In this document: in pieces, positions 34,075 through 45,514 of the stretch
Layout: each line of letters begins with the position of its first letter
Position numbering within the stretch: the stretch's first letter is position 1
Assembly (NCBI RefSeq): GCF_011745625.1
Contig: NW_027191470.1
Coordinates: 186,001 to 250,000 of the forward strand
DNA: 64,000 nt
Source: Cladosporium halotolerans
Taxonomy: Eukaryota
Direction: 5' to 3'
Made by a program: the position numbers and the translations under genes
The notes under the pieces: model-generated
What the model saw: the letters and a program-made list of their open reading frames with translations, nothing else
Told to the model about the DNA's origin: nothing
Database searches by the model: none

Positions 34075-35946
34075 ATGCCCTCTTTGCTCCTGGTCGCGGC
34101 GGGGCTCCTGCTCCTCTACTTCCTACAGTACCCCTACAATCTCGGGCGCAACTATCTCACCGCCAGGAAGACGGGGCTCCCAATCATCATAGTTCCGATC
34201 GACCAAAATGCATTTCTTTGGATGGTCATCTCCGTGCCGTTGCGTCCCATTTTGAAAGTATGTCTGTTGCGCTGTTCATCTAAGCGGGCAACCACATCAC
34301 CCTGCTCTAACCTGTGGCACACTCGCTGACGCCTGCATCTGCAGAAACTTCTTTCGACATCGGCATACGAGCGAATGTCCCTAGTCATCTACGGCTGGGA
34401 ATTCCATCAGAAGCTGCAGCCATTCGAAGAGCACGCCAAGCCCCAAGGGAACAGCAAGACTTTCTTTCTGGTCACATGCGGCCGCCCAGAAATCAGCACC
34501 TGCGACCGCGAGATAGCCTATGAGATCACTCGGCGACCTCGCGACTTCCAGCACCCGGAACTCAATGCTCTTTTCGTCGGCAAATTTGGCCGCAATGTGC
34601 TCACAGACAACGGCGACCAGTGGGCAAAGCAGCGTAAAGTCATCGCCAGCGTTATCAATGAGCGTATCTCGAAAGCCGTCTTCAACGAGAGCATTCGGCA
34701 GACTGACGGTTTGCTGGGTGAAGTCTACGACCATGCCGACGGTCACACATCTGAGACAAAGCGGATCTTCAACATGATGAAGAAGATTACTATCCATGTT
34801 CTCTCTGGCGCGGGCATGGGCGCGCAAGTTGAATGGAACAGCAATGAAAACGAGAAGCCGCGTGAAGGTTACAAGATGACTTACATCGAAGCTTGCAAGG
34901 CTGTCATTGACGCAACTGCTGGTCCGATAGCTCTGCCGACTTGGGTGATGAATTACTGGCCCGGTTTTCTGCCTGGTCATGAGTTCATGAATAATTTAGG
35001 TCAAGCGGTCAAAGAATTCCCCATACATACAAGGCATCTCATGGAGCGAGAGAGGCAACGCGTCAAGACCCATGGTGGTGAGACGAAGAGCAACATCATG
35101 AGCCAGCTGCTGCAAGCTTCTGAGGGTGACCCTAAGGCAGGCAAGGCGCTGACTGAGGAAGAGACAATGGGAAACTTGTACGTATTCACAGCGGCAGGCT
35201 TCGACACGACAGCCAACACCCTTTCTTATGCCCTTGTGCTGCTGTGCCGGTACCCGCATTGGCAAGACTGGATTCTGGAGGAAATTGACGACCTGCTCCC
35301 GTCTGAATCAAGCGAGCCGGTGGATTACACGGCGATTTTCCCTAAGGTCGTCAGGGTCATGGCAGTAATGCTGGAGACGCTGCGCATCTTCACACCAGTC
35401 ATCCATCTCTCAAGGGAGACGAAGGTACCGCAAGTCATCGAGACGTCTGGCGGGACGTACAACATTCCAACGAAATGCGCCGTCTATATTGACAACGTCG
35501 CCTTGCACCTTGACCATGACGTATGGCGAAATTTGAACAATACGAGCACAGGCGATCGTGAGCCTGCTGATCAACCTGATGAGTATTCCTTCCGACCAAC
35601 GCGCTGGGTCAATCCACCGGGCTCTCAGACTCCGCTATTCCAGCCACCGAAAGGGACGTACAGTCCTTGGTCAGCGGGTCCGCGCGTATGTCCCGGACAG
35701 AAGATGGCGCAAGTTGAATTCACCGCTATCTTCATGACTTTGTTCCGAAGGCATCGCATCGAAGCTGTACCATTGACGATCAACGGTCGCGCAGAGAGTC
35801 GGAGTGAGGTCGATGCCAGATTGGACGCTTCGATGAAGGACTCTATTAGCATTCTGACTCTGCAAATGCAGAATGTGTATGATGTCACTGACGACGAGGT
35901 CGAAGATGGGAAGGGTTTGAGAGTTCGCTTGACTAAGAGGCGATAG
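34075..35946 (+). CDS. Cytochrome P450 monooxygenase; exons 34075-34257, 34345-35946
   Basis: N-terminal membrane anchor, I-helix AGFDTT, ETLR, FRPTRW, heme motif PWSAGPRVCPG. Confidence 0.93.
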
Positions 35947-36073
35947 ATGGCTTCATAGTGGTCGATGTATTTAGCTGGTCAGCAACAAGACCAGCAATAA
36001 AAGCCGTGCCGGGCGCACAATACATCTTCCTCTCAATGCATATGCAAAGTATCCAAATCATACGCTTATCACC

Positions 36074-37186
36074 ATGAGTGAAGTTCTTTCGACCTCAGAA
36101 GAGGATGCATATACATTGACCGATGCAGAGATACAAGAGATCCTGGACGACATCGCGTCGGGTTCTTCCGGAGCTTTGCTCCAGCTCAAGACAAGGGTTC
36201 CTCCTCTACACGCCCCAAAACCTAGACCAGAACCACCACAAACAGCATCACAGGTAACAAGGCTGTGGGAACGGTCTAGCGATCGTGTTGACGGCATCAT
36301 AGCCGTCATTTGGCTTTGGCCAATTAGCCAACGCGTTTCGCACTTCTTCCGCAGTATCCCAAGTCTGGCGACAACCACAAGAGCTCTCAGACCGGGCGCG
36401 CCTCTCGCAACAATGGCCTGGCTCGTGAGCATCACAAAAAGAATAGTCACAAGCTTCGTAACCTTCCTGATCGGAATCTTCTTCGTCGTCCCCCTCGGCT
36501 TCTTCGCCCTAGTCAGCACCTCCGCCGCCGTCGGATTCCTCTACCTCCTCATCGCCGCCAAAACCCTCAGCGACGGCTGCGACAGGCTCACGACCTGGTG
36601 GTTCAGCAGCAGCAGCGACCTCAAACAACACCCTCCCACTCACCCCACCGCCACCAGCACCACCCAAGACGCTCCGCCCAACGGCCTCTCGCACTCCCGC
36701 CACCCCTCCAACGCCGGCTCCCAATCCTCCACCACAACCCCGCGCTCCGCGCGCTCCAACTCTGATGCCAGCCTCGCCAGCATGCCGAACCCGCACCGCG
36801 ACTACGAAGGCGTGGGCGGGTGGAAAGCAGACTCGCAAGCCGACGACCAGGCGATCTTCATGAACATGAACAGCGGGCTGGGGGACCTGTCGCATTCGCC
36901 CGCCGCGCGACGGCGGCGGTCGTTCGGCATGGGCTCGAGCGGGCTGAACTCGCCGGAGATTGTCACTGGTGGTGCTGGTGGTCGCCAGGCGGGGAGCTCG
37001 CATCATCTCCGGCGCACGTCGGGGACGATGAGCCCGCAGAGTTATTTTAGCGTTCCGGTTGGAGGGGGGAGTTTCACGGCGATCAATTCGAGGCGGAGTA
37101 GTAGGGTGTTGGTGCAGAGTGATAGGGCAAGGGTGGAAAGCGAGAGTGTGTCTGGGGGGAGTGAGGAGGAGAGTGCGGTTGTGTGA
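36074..37186 (+). CDS. Hypothetical fungal membrane protein; true start may be an internal Met
   Basis: 370-aa ORF with a long hydrophobic hairpin (FVTFLIGIFFVVPLGFFALVSTSAAVGFLYLLIAA), an RDYEGVGGW motif and a Ser-rich tail; coding-like codon bias in the 3' part. Confidence 0.6.
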   Translation: MSEVLSTSEEDAYTLTDAEIQEILDDIASGSSGALLQLKTRVPPLHAPKPRPEPPQTASQVTRLWERSSDRVDGIIAVIWLWPISQRVSHFFRSIPSLATTTRALRPGAPLATMAWLVSITKRIVTSFVTFLIGIFFVVPLGFFALVSTSAAVGFLYLLIAAKTLSDGCDRLTTWWFSSSSDLKQHPPTHPTATSTTQDAPPNGLSHSRHPSNAGSQSSTTTPRSARSNSDASLASMPNPHRDYEGVGGWKADSQADDQAIFMNMNSGLGDLSHSPAARRRRSFGMGSSGLNSPEIVTGGAGGRQAGSSHHLRRTSGTMSPQSYFSVPVGGGSFTAINSRRSSRVLVQSDRARVESESVSGGSEEESAVV

Positions 37187-37565
37187 GGGCGCCGTTCTCG
37201 ATTTGTGTTCTGATTCTGATGGGAAGAGATTGTCGACGGCGCGATCGTTGGGTCACAGCACCAACCTGTAAAACGGCTCCTGGCGTAGACTGTTTCAGAC
37301 TGCTATGGTCAGGCTTATTATGGATGTATGGCAGTACAAATGTGAAAAGCACGTATTCAACCAAACCAAATCTGAAGTGTCATGCCTCGCATATGTGACG
37401 GGACTATTTTCGAATAGAACCGCTCTCAGAGCTTGATTTATGCTTAAAGATGAATCACCAAACGATACAGTACTGCCCAACTCAATTACCTCCCCTGAAT
37501 CAGCTTCTCCACCGACTCCTCACTACACCCTCGCAAATCGACTACTTCCAATGGTTGACAACCAT

Positions 37566-38377
37566 CTAGCAAGACGGAACACTGGAGTACTTGCAAGCGT
37601 TGCTAGGGCCAGAGCGAAGCTCCTTGGGCTCCTTGCCGTTGTTGTTGCCCTGGAACTCGGTGCAGATCTTCTTGGTGGAGGTGGCGCAGGTGTTGGAGAT
37701 GGAGGCGGTGTCGCCGAAGTTGGAGTTGATGCCGGCGAGGACCTTGCCGCCGCTGGCCTTGACGTTCTTGATGGTGACGGCGCGCTTGCTGCCGTTGCCC
37801 TTGCAGTTGCCGCAGCTGCGGTACAGCTTGCCGAAGTTCTGCACGCTGAAGCCGTCGATGGTCACGGACGAGGCCCCGTTGTTTTGGATAACCTTGTCCT
37901 CGGCGTCGCGCGCGCCGCCGCCCTTGATCATGGCAGTGCCAGAGCCCTTGAGGGTGAGGGCGTCCTCGCACACGGAGGTCCACCAGACGTCTGGAAGGTG
38001 TTAGTGTCGGTTATGCAGGGTGTTAGGAAAGGAATCTGCTTACTCTCGATTGTGCAGGAGCCCTTGCAGTGGACACCCTCGATCTGATCAGCACCGATGA
38101 TGACGTTCTTAAGAGTAGCGCCGTTCTCGAGCTGGAAGACGGCGTCCTTGTCGCCACCTTCAGACTGGCCAGTGCACTTGACACCACGGCCATAGGTCTT
38201 CATTCCGCCGTCAAACGTGCCGCTGATGACCTGGGTCTTGGAATACTTGACATTTCCCTTGCTGGCCGGAATGTTGAAGCTGAAGGAGCGCTCAACGAGC
38301 TCAGGAGCCGGGGCGGCAGATGCGCCAATGGCGAGGGCGCCGAGGAGGGCAGTGGCAATAAAGTTGAAGGAAGGCAT
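37566..38377 (-). CDS. Secreted pectate lyase, family PL3; exons 38377-38044, 37990-37566
   Basis: Signal peptide; [68 protein letters not shown]. Confidence 0.95.
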
Positions 38378-40324
38378 TGTTGTATTGTTTCAAGGCAATT
38401 GTCCAGTCAATGGATATGCGTTGTGGGGAATGATGAACGAAAGAAGTGGATTGGAAAGAACGGATGCTGAAGAGCTGAGTAGTTTGCGGATGAGAGGTGA
38501 GAAAGAGGTGAGATGGGCCTGCCTTTTTATATGTGCGAGGCTGAGTCGGAGTGGTATAGGATTATTGAGAGCCCTGATGAGTAAGGTAACGATCTAGACT
38601 GCCACGAGGGCAAGATAGAGCCCTAGCAATCAAGATCTTCAGGGCATAGTACGCTGAGTCGAGTGGAGATTTTTCTCCGAGAGATCTTCTTTGATGCATG
38701 CCCCGGGTTGGTGATCGACCACCAATGTCGGTAGAGCACGATTCAGGATGTTACTGAAACAATTGCAACGGCTGTCATATTTCTCCGTCTGCGCGGCGTC
38801 CAATGGCAGGCAGGCACAGGTGGACTTGTCCCACACACTTCTCCATGGAACAACCTACATACTGTGATCGAGCGGAGACTGCCAGTCCGTGGCGTCAACA
38901 TTTTCGGGCGGTCAGCCACTTGGTTTGGAAAGAGGGCATCGCTTGATGCGTTTCATCAATCAGGCCGCCCGCAGATATTGAACCCAGTTGAATGGTTCAC
39001 GTGTCAAGCTTCTTAGCGCGGTCTTCAGGATCTTTGACTTTTCTTGATACTATCGCTCGAGCAGAGGAGAACGCCATGTTGTTTACAGTATGTAGTTAGT
39101 AACTTGGCATTGCGCTAGCAGTGTCGTGAAGTATCGTTTGCCAAGCCGGCCAAGCTTCATGGTCGTTTCATCAGTAACACGCGAGAGGTCTTCTCCCAGT
39201 CTGGCCAGCACTGGCTGAAGCGCAGCGATTAGACGCTGTCCAGGAGAAGCCCTGATGCCTGCACGGGGTAGCAAGTCCGGAGTGCAGGTGTATTTTCGTG
39301 AAGACATTCGTGGAATTTCGGGGTTAGATGACCCGTCCAGTCTCGCTTCACGCACAAAGGCCCTCGAACATCCTTATAGTTCTCCCAGCTTGCTCTTTGT
39401 GCGCCGCCGGTGAAAACCCATGGGAATCCTTCAATGGACGGTCAGCTGTTGTCAATCGACCGGACCATGTGTGAAAGTCCAACGGAAATGTCACCAACTG
39501 CCACATGGCTGTAGTTCATGTTCACCGGCTTCTTCGGAAAGAGCTCGGCCTAGGAGACGGAGTCTGCGGCGTTTGCCATGGCAGACGGGCGATTTGGCAG
39601 CTTCAGCATGAGGTGGGATACCACGTGCTTTCAAGAGGGTAGCTGGCGATCGATTCGCCATTGCTCCGCATAAGGTCATACCACGACCTTGAGGGCAGCA
39701 TGAGTTTGTGTCCAGGCGCGACTTGCACGTGAATTTGAGACGAGTCGAAAGACGCGGTTCCAGTTACCTCGGATGAACCAACGGGCCTGCAATGGAGGTT
39801 GTCCCACATTTGCTGGGCAGATTCGTCACGCTAATGCTCAAATACCAAGCAGCGACGATCCGTCAACGAGGCGTCAGGAACGCTTCGCACGAGCAACAAA
39901 TGCTCGCGTTGTTCGAACGTTTTGGATGGCGTCCAAACGTCTTCCGTTCGCCCGTTTTTTGAAGAAGCACGGGAGTCTTGCGATACCATCGTCGACCAAA
40001 GTGGAAGAGGGAGCATACGCAGTATCCAGACTTGAATCATCAACGTTGACAGAATTTAAATAGCCAAACACAGTAGGTAGGTAGCCGTACCAGAAAGTCA
40101 ATGGTAATTATTGTCGGCAAGCAGCGCAGGACAGCAGCGAGGCTCTCCATTCCGTAACGGCCCGCAAGCACCTTGGCCTTCCGCGGAACAGCTCGGGAGA
40201 AGCGCGACAGCAGCTGCCGACGACCAGGCTTTTGCTTTGCGGATGCTCGCTTTTGCACTGTAGCTCGCCGCGATCACCACCACCTCTCTCCTCAAATACC
40301 CCCAGAAACACGCACATCTCAAAC

Positions 40325-41609
40325 ATGCTGGCTGGTCGTTCGTTCGCCGCGCCTGCGCGCCAGTGCTTGCGCACCTCCGTCCGCTCCCAGCAGATCTACA
40401 GACCCGCATTCGTAAGTAACGCCGACCAAGCATTGCTTGCGCAGGAACAACCCAGGACTGACTGAGGCGGCGCCCATAGGTCTCTCAGTCAAGATACAAC
40501 AGCCAGGTCGCCAAGTTCAAGGGCCAGAAGGGCAGCGATGGCAAGTACACCGTCACCCTGATCGAGGGCGACGGCATTGGCCCCGAGATCGCGCAGTCCG
40601 TCAAGGACATCTACTCCGCCGCCAATGTCCCCATTAAGTGGGAGTCCGTCGACGTCACCCCCACTCTCAAGGACGGCAAGACCGTCATCCCCGACGAGGC
40701 CATCGACTCCGTCAGGCGCAACTACGTCGCCCTCAAGGGCCCGCTCGCGACCCCCGTCGGCAAGGGCCACGTCTCGCTCAACCTGACCCTCCGAAGGACC
40801 TTCAACCTGTTCGCCAACGTGCGTCCCTGCAAGAGCATTCAAGGATACAAGACTCCCTACGACAACGTGGACACCGTGCTCATCCGTGAGAACACTGAGG
40901 GCGAGTACTCTGGCATTGAGCACGTCGTGGTGGACGGTGTCGTTCAGTCGATCAAGCTCATTACCCGCGAGGCCTCTGAGCGTGTCCTCCGCTTCGCTTT
41001 CCAGTACGCCCAGAGCGTCGGCAAGCCCAAGGTCCGCGTTGTCCACAAGGCCACCATCATGAAGATGTCCGACGGTCTCTTCCTCAACCTCGGCCGCGAG
41101 ATCGCCAAGGACTACCCCGACGTCGAGTTCGACGCCGAGCTCCTCGACAACGCCTGCCTGAAGGTCGTCACCGACCCCACTCCCTACAACGACAAGGTCC
41201 TGGTCATGCCCAACCTGTACGGTGACATTCTGTCCGACATGTGCGCCGGTCTCATCGGTGGTCTCGGTCTGACCCCCTCCGGCAACATCGGTGACGAGTG
41301 CTCCATCTTCGAGGCCGTCCACGGTTCCGCTCCCGACATCGCCGGCAAGGGCCTCGCCAACCCCACCGCGCTCCTTCTTTCCAGCATCATGATGCTGCAG
41401 CACATGGGTCTCCACGAGCACGCCAACAAGATCCAGGCCGCCATCTTCAAGACTCTCGCCGAGGGCAAGGTACGTGCAAATGGAGAACGTCAGTCGCAAG
41501 AAGATTACGGATAGCTGACCTTTGCTACTTTCTACAGACCATCACTGGTGACCTTGGCGGCAAGTCCAAGACCCACGAGTACGCCGGCGCCGTCATCAAG
41601 AACCTGTAG
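40325..41609 (+). CDS. IDH2: NAD-dependent isocitrate dehydrogenase catalytic subunit 2; exons 40325-40411, 40480-41469, 41538-41609
   Basis: [58 protein letters not shown]. Confidence 0.95.
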
Positions 41610-42412
41610 ATACCATCTTGTTGCATTGGGCGGGCTCGGACGAGCTTCATTTGATATATACAGCGCGATAGCCTCGCCGGGAAGTAGTGGGATGTAAATT
41701 ATTCGCACCGTCAAGGCGCTGCTGCTTCCGGTCAGAGGTGATCAATCTATTTCATTTGAGTGTTGAGTGTGGCTGCATGAGATCAGACGGTGTTTCCAAG
41801 GTGCGCGCAAACTGCCATATGAGCCAGAGACACAGTCAAAACCACGCCGGAATATATGGAATAAATGCGTCTCATGCCTCAGGCCCCGATCTGATAGGGA
41901 GTGCTGCGGATCTGCCCCCCTTTCATAGAGTTTGCAAGAGCCGGCCCAGGGCCGTTGCGTGTGTCTGGCGTCGCGTGCGCGCTCGGCCTGGCAGGGTTGA
42001 GTTGCCGCGCTGCCGGACGTCGCCATCTCCCTGCAGATGCAAGCGCAATCTATCAGGGGCAGGAGCCAATCAGCGCCCTCCCAATCTGCTGGTGTGGTAC
42101 GATTCTCCATCCGAGCATAATTTCCTCGCCTCACTGCTCGAGCCACCGTCCGTCTCCGCGCGCCCTCCCTCCTCCCCCTCCCGGCGGCTCTTGGGTCATT
42201 CTTTTCCTCCTTCGTCTCTGCCGTCGCCTGCTCACTTTCGCGCTGTTGGATCTCACACCGCGGCCGGCTGTCTGCATTGCGGCGTTTTGAACAAGAGCTT
42301 GGGGAACGCGAACGCCGTTTCGGAGGAATAAGGAGCGAGTGAGATCTCTGGGCATACCGACTGGAATCGCACTGCCTGGATAAGCGAAAGAAACATACAA
42401 GAATCATACAAG

Positions 42413-44186
42413 ATGGCGGCAGTCATGGACGCCCTCAACTCCACCTCCAGCATTGTCCCGGCCTCGACCATTGAGGCCACCATCGAAGCGGTCAACACCG
42501 GCTTCCTGGGCACGATCGCCGAGAGCACGAGCACATTCGGCATCATCGTCACCCTGCTTGCCGCGGCCGTCGTCTACGACCAGCTCTCCTACTGGCGACA
42601 GAAGGGCGAGCTCGTGGGCCCCGCGTGGAAGATCCCCTTCATTGGCCCCTTCCTCGAGAGTGTCTGGCCGAAGTTCGAGAAATACCACGCCAAATGGATG
42701 TCTGGTCCCCTCAGCTGTGTCAGCGTCTTCCACAAGTTCGTCATCATTGCCTCCACCCGTGACATGGCCCGCCAGATCTTCAACGCTCCCGCCTACGTCA
42801 AGCCCTGCGTCGTCGACGTCGCGACGAAGCTTCTGCGCCCCGAGAACTGGGTCTTCCTCGATGGCAAGGCTCACGTCGAGTACCGCAAGGGTCTGAACGG
42901 CCTCTTCACTCGCCAGGCGCTTGCCGCCTACCTTCCTGGTCAGCAGGAGGTCTACGAGGAGTACTTCGAGGCTTTCCACGATGTTTCCGAAAAGGCCAGG
43001 GAGAGCCAGAGCGGCGTTGGTCCGGACAAGGGAGGCGTCAAGTTCGTCTACTACCTGCGCGAGATCATGTGCGCTGTCTCTTGCCGCACCTTCGTCGGCC
43101 ACTACATGTCGCACGCTCAGGTCAAGGAGGTCGCCGACGACTACTACAACATCACCGCTGCTCTCGAGCTCGTCAACTTCCCCATCATTCTCCCTTTCAC
43201 CAAGACCTGGTACGGCAAGAAGGCCTCCGACAAGGTTCTTGAGATGTTCGCTTCCTGCGCCGCCAAGTCCAGAATCAGGATGAAGCAGCCCGGTGCTAAG
43301 GCCGAGTGCATCATGGACCGCTGGATCGTTCAGATGATGGAGAGCGACCGCTACCTCGAGCGCATCGCTCGTGGCGAGACCGTCCCCGCCGAGGAGAAGC
43401 CCCAGCACGTCCTCCGTCAGTTCACCGACTTCGAGATCTCTATGACCATCTTCACCTTCCTCTTCGCCTCCCAGGACGCCACCAGCTCCGCCTGCAGCTG
43501 GCTCCTCCAGCTGACCGCCGACCGCCCCGAGATTCTGCAGAAGGTCCGCGAGGAAGGCAAGAACATCATGGGCGACCGCTACGGCAAGTACGGCGCGATT
43601 AAGATCGACGACGTCGAGAAGCTCGTCTACACCCGCGCCGTCATCAAGGAGACCCTCCGCTACCGCCCTCCCGTGATCATGGTTCCCTACATGGTCAAGA
43701 AGGATTACCCCGTCACTCCCACATACACTGCTCCCAAGGGCTCCATGCTTATCCCCTCGACCTGGCTTTCTCTGCACGACCCCGAGGCCTACGGCACTTT
43801 CGGCGGTCCCGATGAGTTCGCGCCTGAGAGGTGGACTGAGGGCGACGCTGAGGACAAGGGCAAGAACTGGCTGGTCTTTGGCACTGGTCCTCACTACTGC
43901 CTTGGCCAGCAGTACGCCGTTATGAACCTTATGGTAAGCTTTCTCGAGATGCGCTGATTCGAATTAAGAGCTAACAAATGCAACAGCTCATGCTTCACCT
44001 CCTCTCCGCCAACTACGACTGGCACCACCACATTACCCCTCAATCCGAGGAGATTCGCGTTTTCGCCACCATTTTCCCTATGGTACGTCGTTTCCTCCAA
44101 TCATCTTCCTATGGAGCATCAACTGACATCAACTGCAGGACGACCTCTTCCTCAGCTTCACCAAGCGCGACGCAGCCGCCGCGTAA
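42413..44186 (+). CDS. ERG5: Sterol C-22 desaturase CYP61; exons 42413-43933, 43987-44082, 44139-44186
   Basis: GPLSCVSVFHKFV, NWVFLDGKAH..YRKGLNGLFT, FLFASQDAT, ETLRYRPPV, FGTGPHYCLG, SEEIRVFATIFPMDD. Confidence 0.96.
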
Positions 44187-44404
44187 GAAAAAGTTTTTTG
44201 CCTTGTATATTCCTTCCTAGTTCATCTGCGCTCCATAGCACGGCACGCCTACCCTAAACGAGGAGGCTGTAATCTAATTCTGTTCGAAACCAACCAAAAT
44301 TCCGCATCCCCCCAAATCCTCTACTCATCAAATCGAAAGATCACCAAAGTAGTCGGCCCCTCTCCATCAATTAGAAAGAAAGAAGAACCAAATCAATCCT
44401 CCCT

Positions 44405-44899
44405 CTAATAACCCAAATCACCCCGCGTATAAGCCCACCTCTGCACCAGCATCCACCCGCCCAAAACCCACGCCACGCCCTCCGCCCACCCCAGCCCGCT
44501 GCCCCTCACGCTCCCGGCCCCCCGCTCCGTCACGAAATGCGCGACAACCACCACAGCGCCCCACAGCGCCGCGTCGTACGCCGAGGCGTCGTGCGGCGCC
44601 ATCGCGGCGTGCAGGCGCGTGATCGTGAGGAGCAGGTTGAGAGCGGCGTGCTGGCGGGCGGAAAAAGGGGAGAGGTCGGTGTAGGGGGCTGAGGGGTAGG
44701 TTTGGTGCAGGAGGCGGGAGCGGAGAGAGGGTGTGTAGGCGCTCAGGGCGGTGTAGGAGCTGTGGAGGGCGGTCTGGGTGCGGGGGGGTTTTGGTTAGTG
44801 GGGTTGGAGAGGAGGGGAGGGAGGTAGGGAGGGGGGAGGTACGAGGTAGAGGTAGAGGGGGAGGATTTCCCAGCTTGTTGAGGGGGGTTGGTCGTCCAT
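44405..44899 (-). CDS. Divergent ERG28-like small ER membrane protein (141 aa); exons 44899-44843, 44773-44405
   Basis: Spliced product MDDQPPSTSWEILPLYLYL|TALHSSYTALSAY..LSPFSARQHAALNLLLTITRLHAAM..AYDAALW..AHFVTE..WMLVQRWAY follows the Erg28 pattern (LP.WL..; PLSAR..; R.YAA; HF.SE; WM..Q..Y). Intron GTACCT..ACTAAC..CAG; TATAAA upstream at ~45081-45086. Confidence 0.7.
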
Positions 44900-45514
44900 T
44901 GTTTGGTTGGTTGGCTGGTTGGTTGGTGGTTGTAGTGGGTTGGATTAGGTTGGTAAGTGGGTGTTAATTTTTGATAGTTGAGGTGTTTGGTCGATTGAGA
45001 TCAATTGAATTATTTTATTGAGAGGGGCATTTGTGTGTAAAAAAAGTGTTTGTATTTTGTGCTGCAATTATATTGAGGTATTTATAGTTCGGCGAACGGC
45101 AGGCGAAGGAATCGCTGAAGCGCCGTCGCGTTAGCAGAGACGGCAAGCGACTTAGGCAGCCGTGGTGCCGACTGGTTAGTTAGGTCTCGATTCGTCGAGA
45201 TGCTGCCTGGATTCCGCGGAAGAATGGCGGGATAATAAGTGGCAGTAGGCCGCAGGGCTCGTGCAATATTGCGATTTTGGAGCAGGCTGAAGCGTGGCAC
45301 GACGTGCTCGGGCGGATGTGAAGTTGCGGCGCTGAATTGACTAGAAGTAAGCGAAATGAGAGAAAATAGTGGGAAGCTCAAGCAAGTGTCACGTTGCTCA
45401 GAATCATGTGCCTCGGTCGAGGTCACTGCTGCATATCTCCTTTGGGTATCTATACTCGTACAGACTTGAACTCTCCTCTCGTCCTAGGCCTCGCAAGAGC
45501 CGCAATCGCGCTCA

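Noticed and set aside
31936..35946. Adrenodoxin reductase next to a P450 as a redox-partner pair
   Set aside because: Arh1 is mitochondrial, whereas this P450 has an ER-type N-terminal anchor and would use CPR; no ferredoxin is nearby.
38430..38478. Box C/D-like ATGATGA...CTGA
   Set aside because: It is the reverse complement of the pyrimidine-rich pectate lyase 5'UTR; no terminal stem or guide sequence evident.
39083..40100. Short ORFs between pectate lyase and IDH2 as a degraded gene or transposon
   Set aside because: No recognisable domain, terminal repeats or consistent frame.
34075..44186. Possible secondary-metabolite cluster (two P450s, membrane protein, lyase)
   Set aside because: No PKS, NRPS or terpene backbone gene; one P450 is housekeeping ERG5 and IDH2 intervenes.
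44904..44950. (GGTT)n-like tract resembling a telomeric repeat
   Set aside because: Short imperfect microsatellite in the ERG28-like 5'UTR, not a TTAGGG array.
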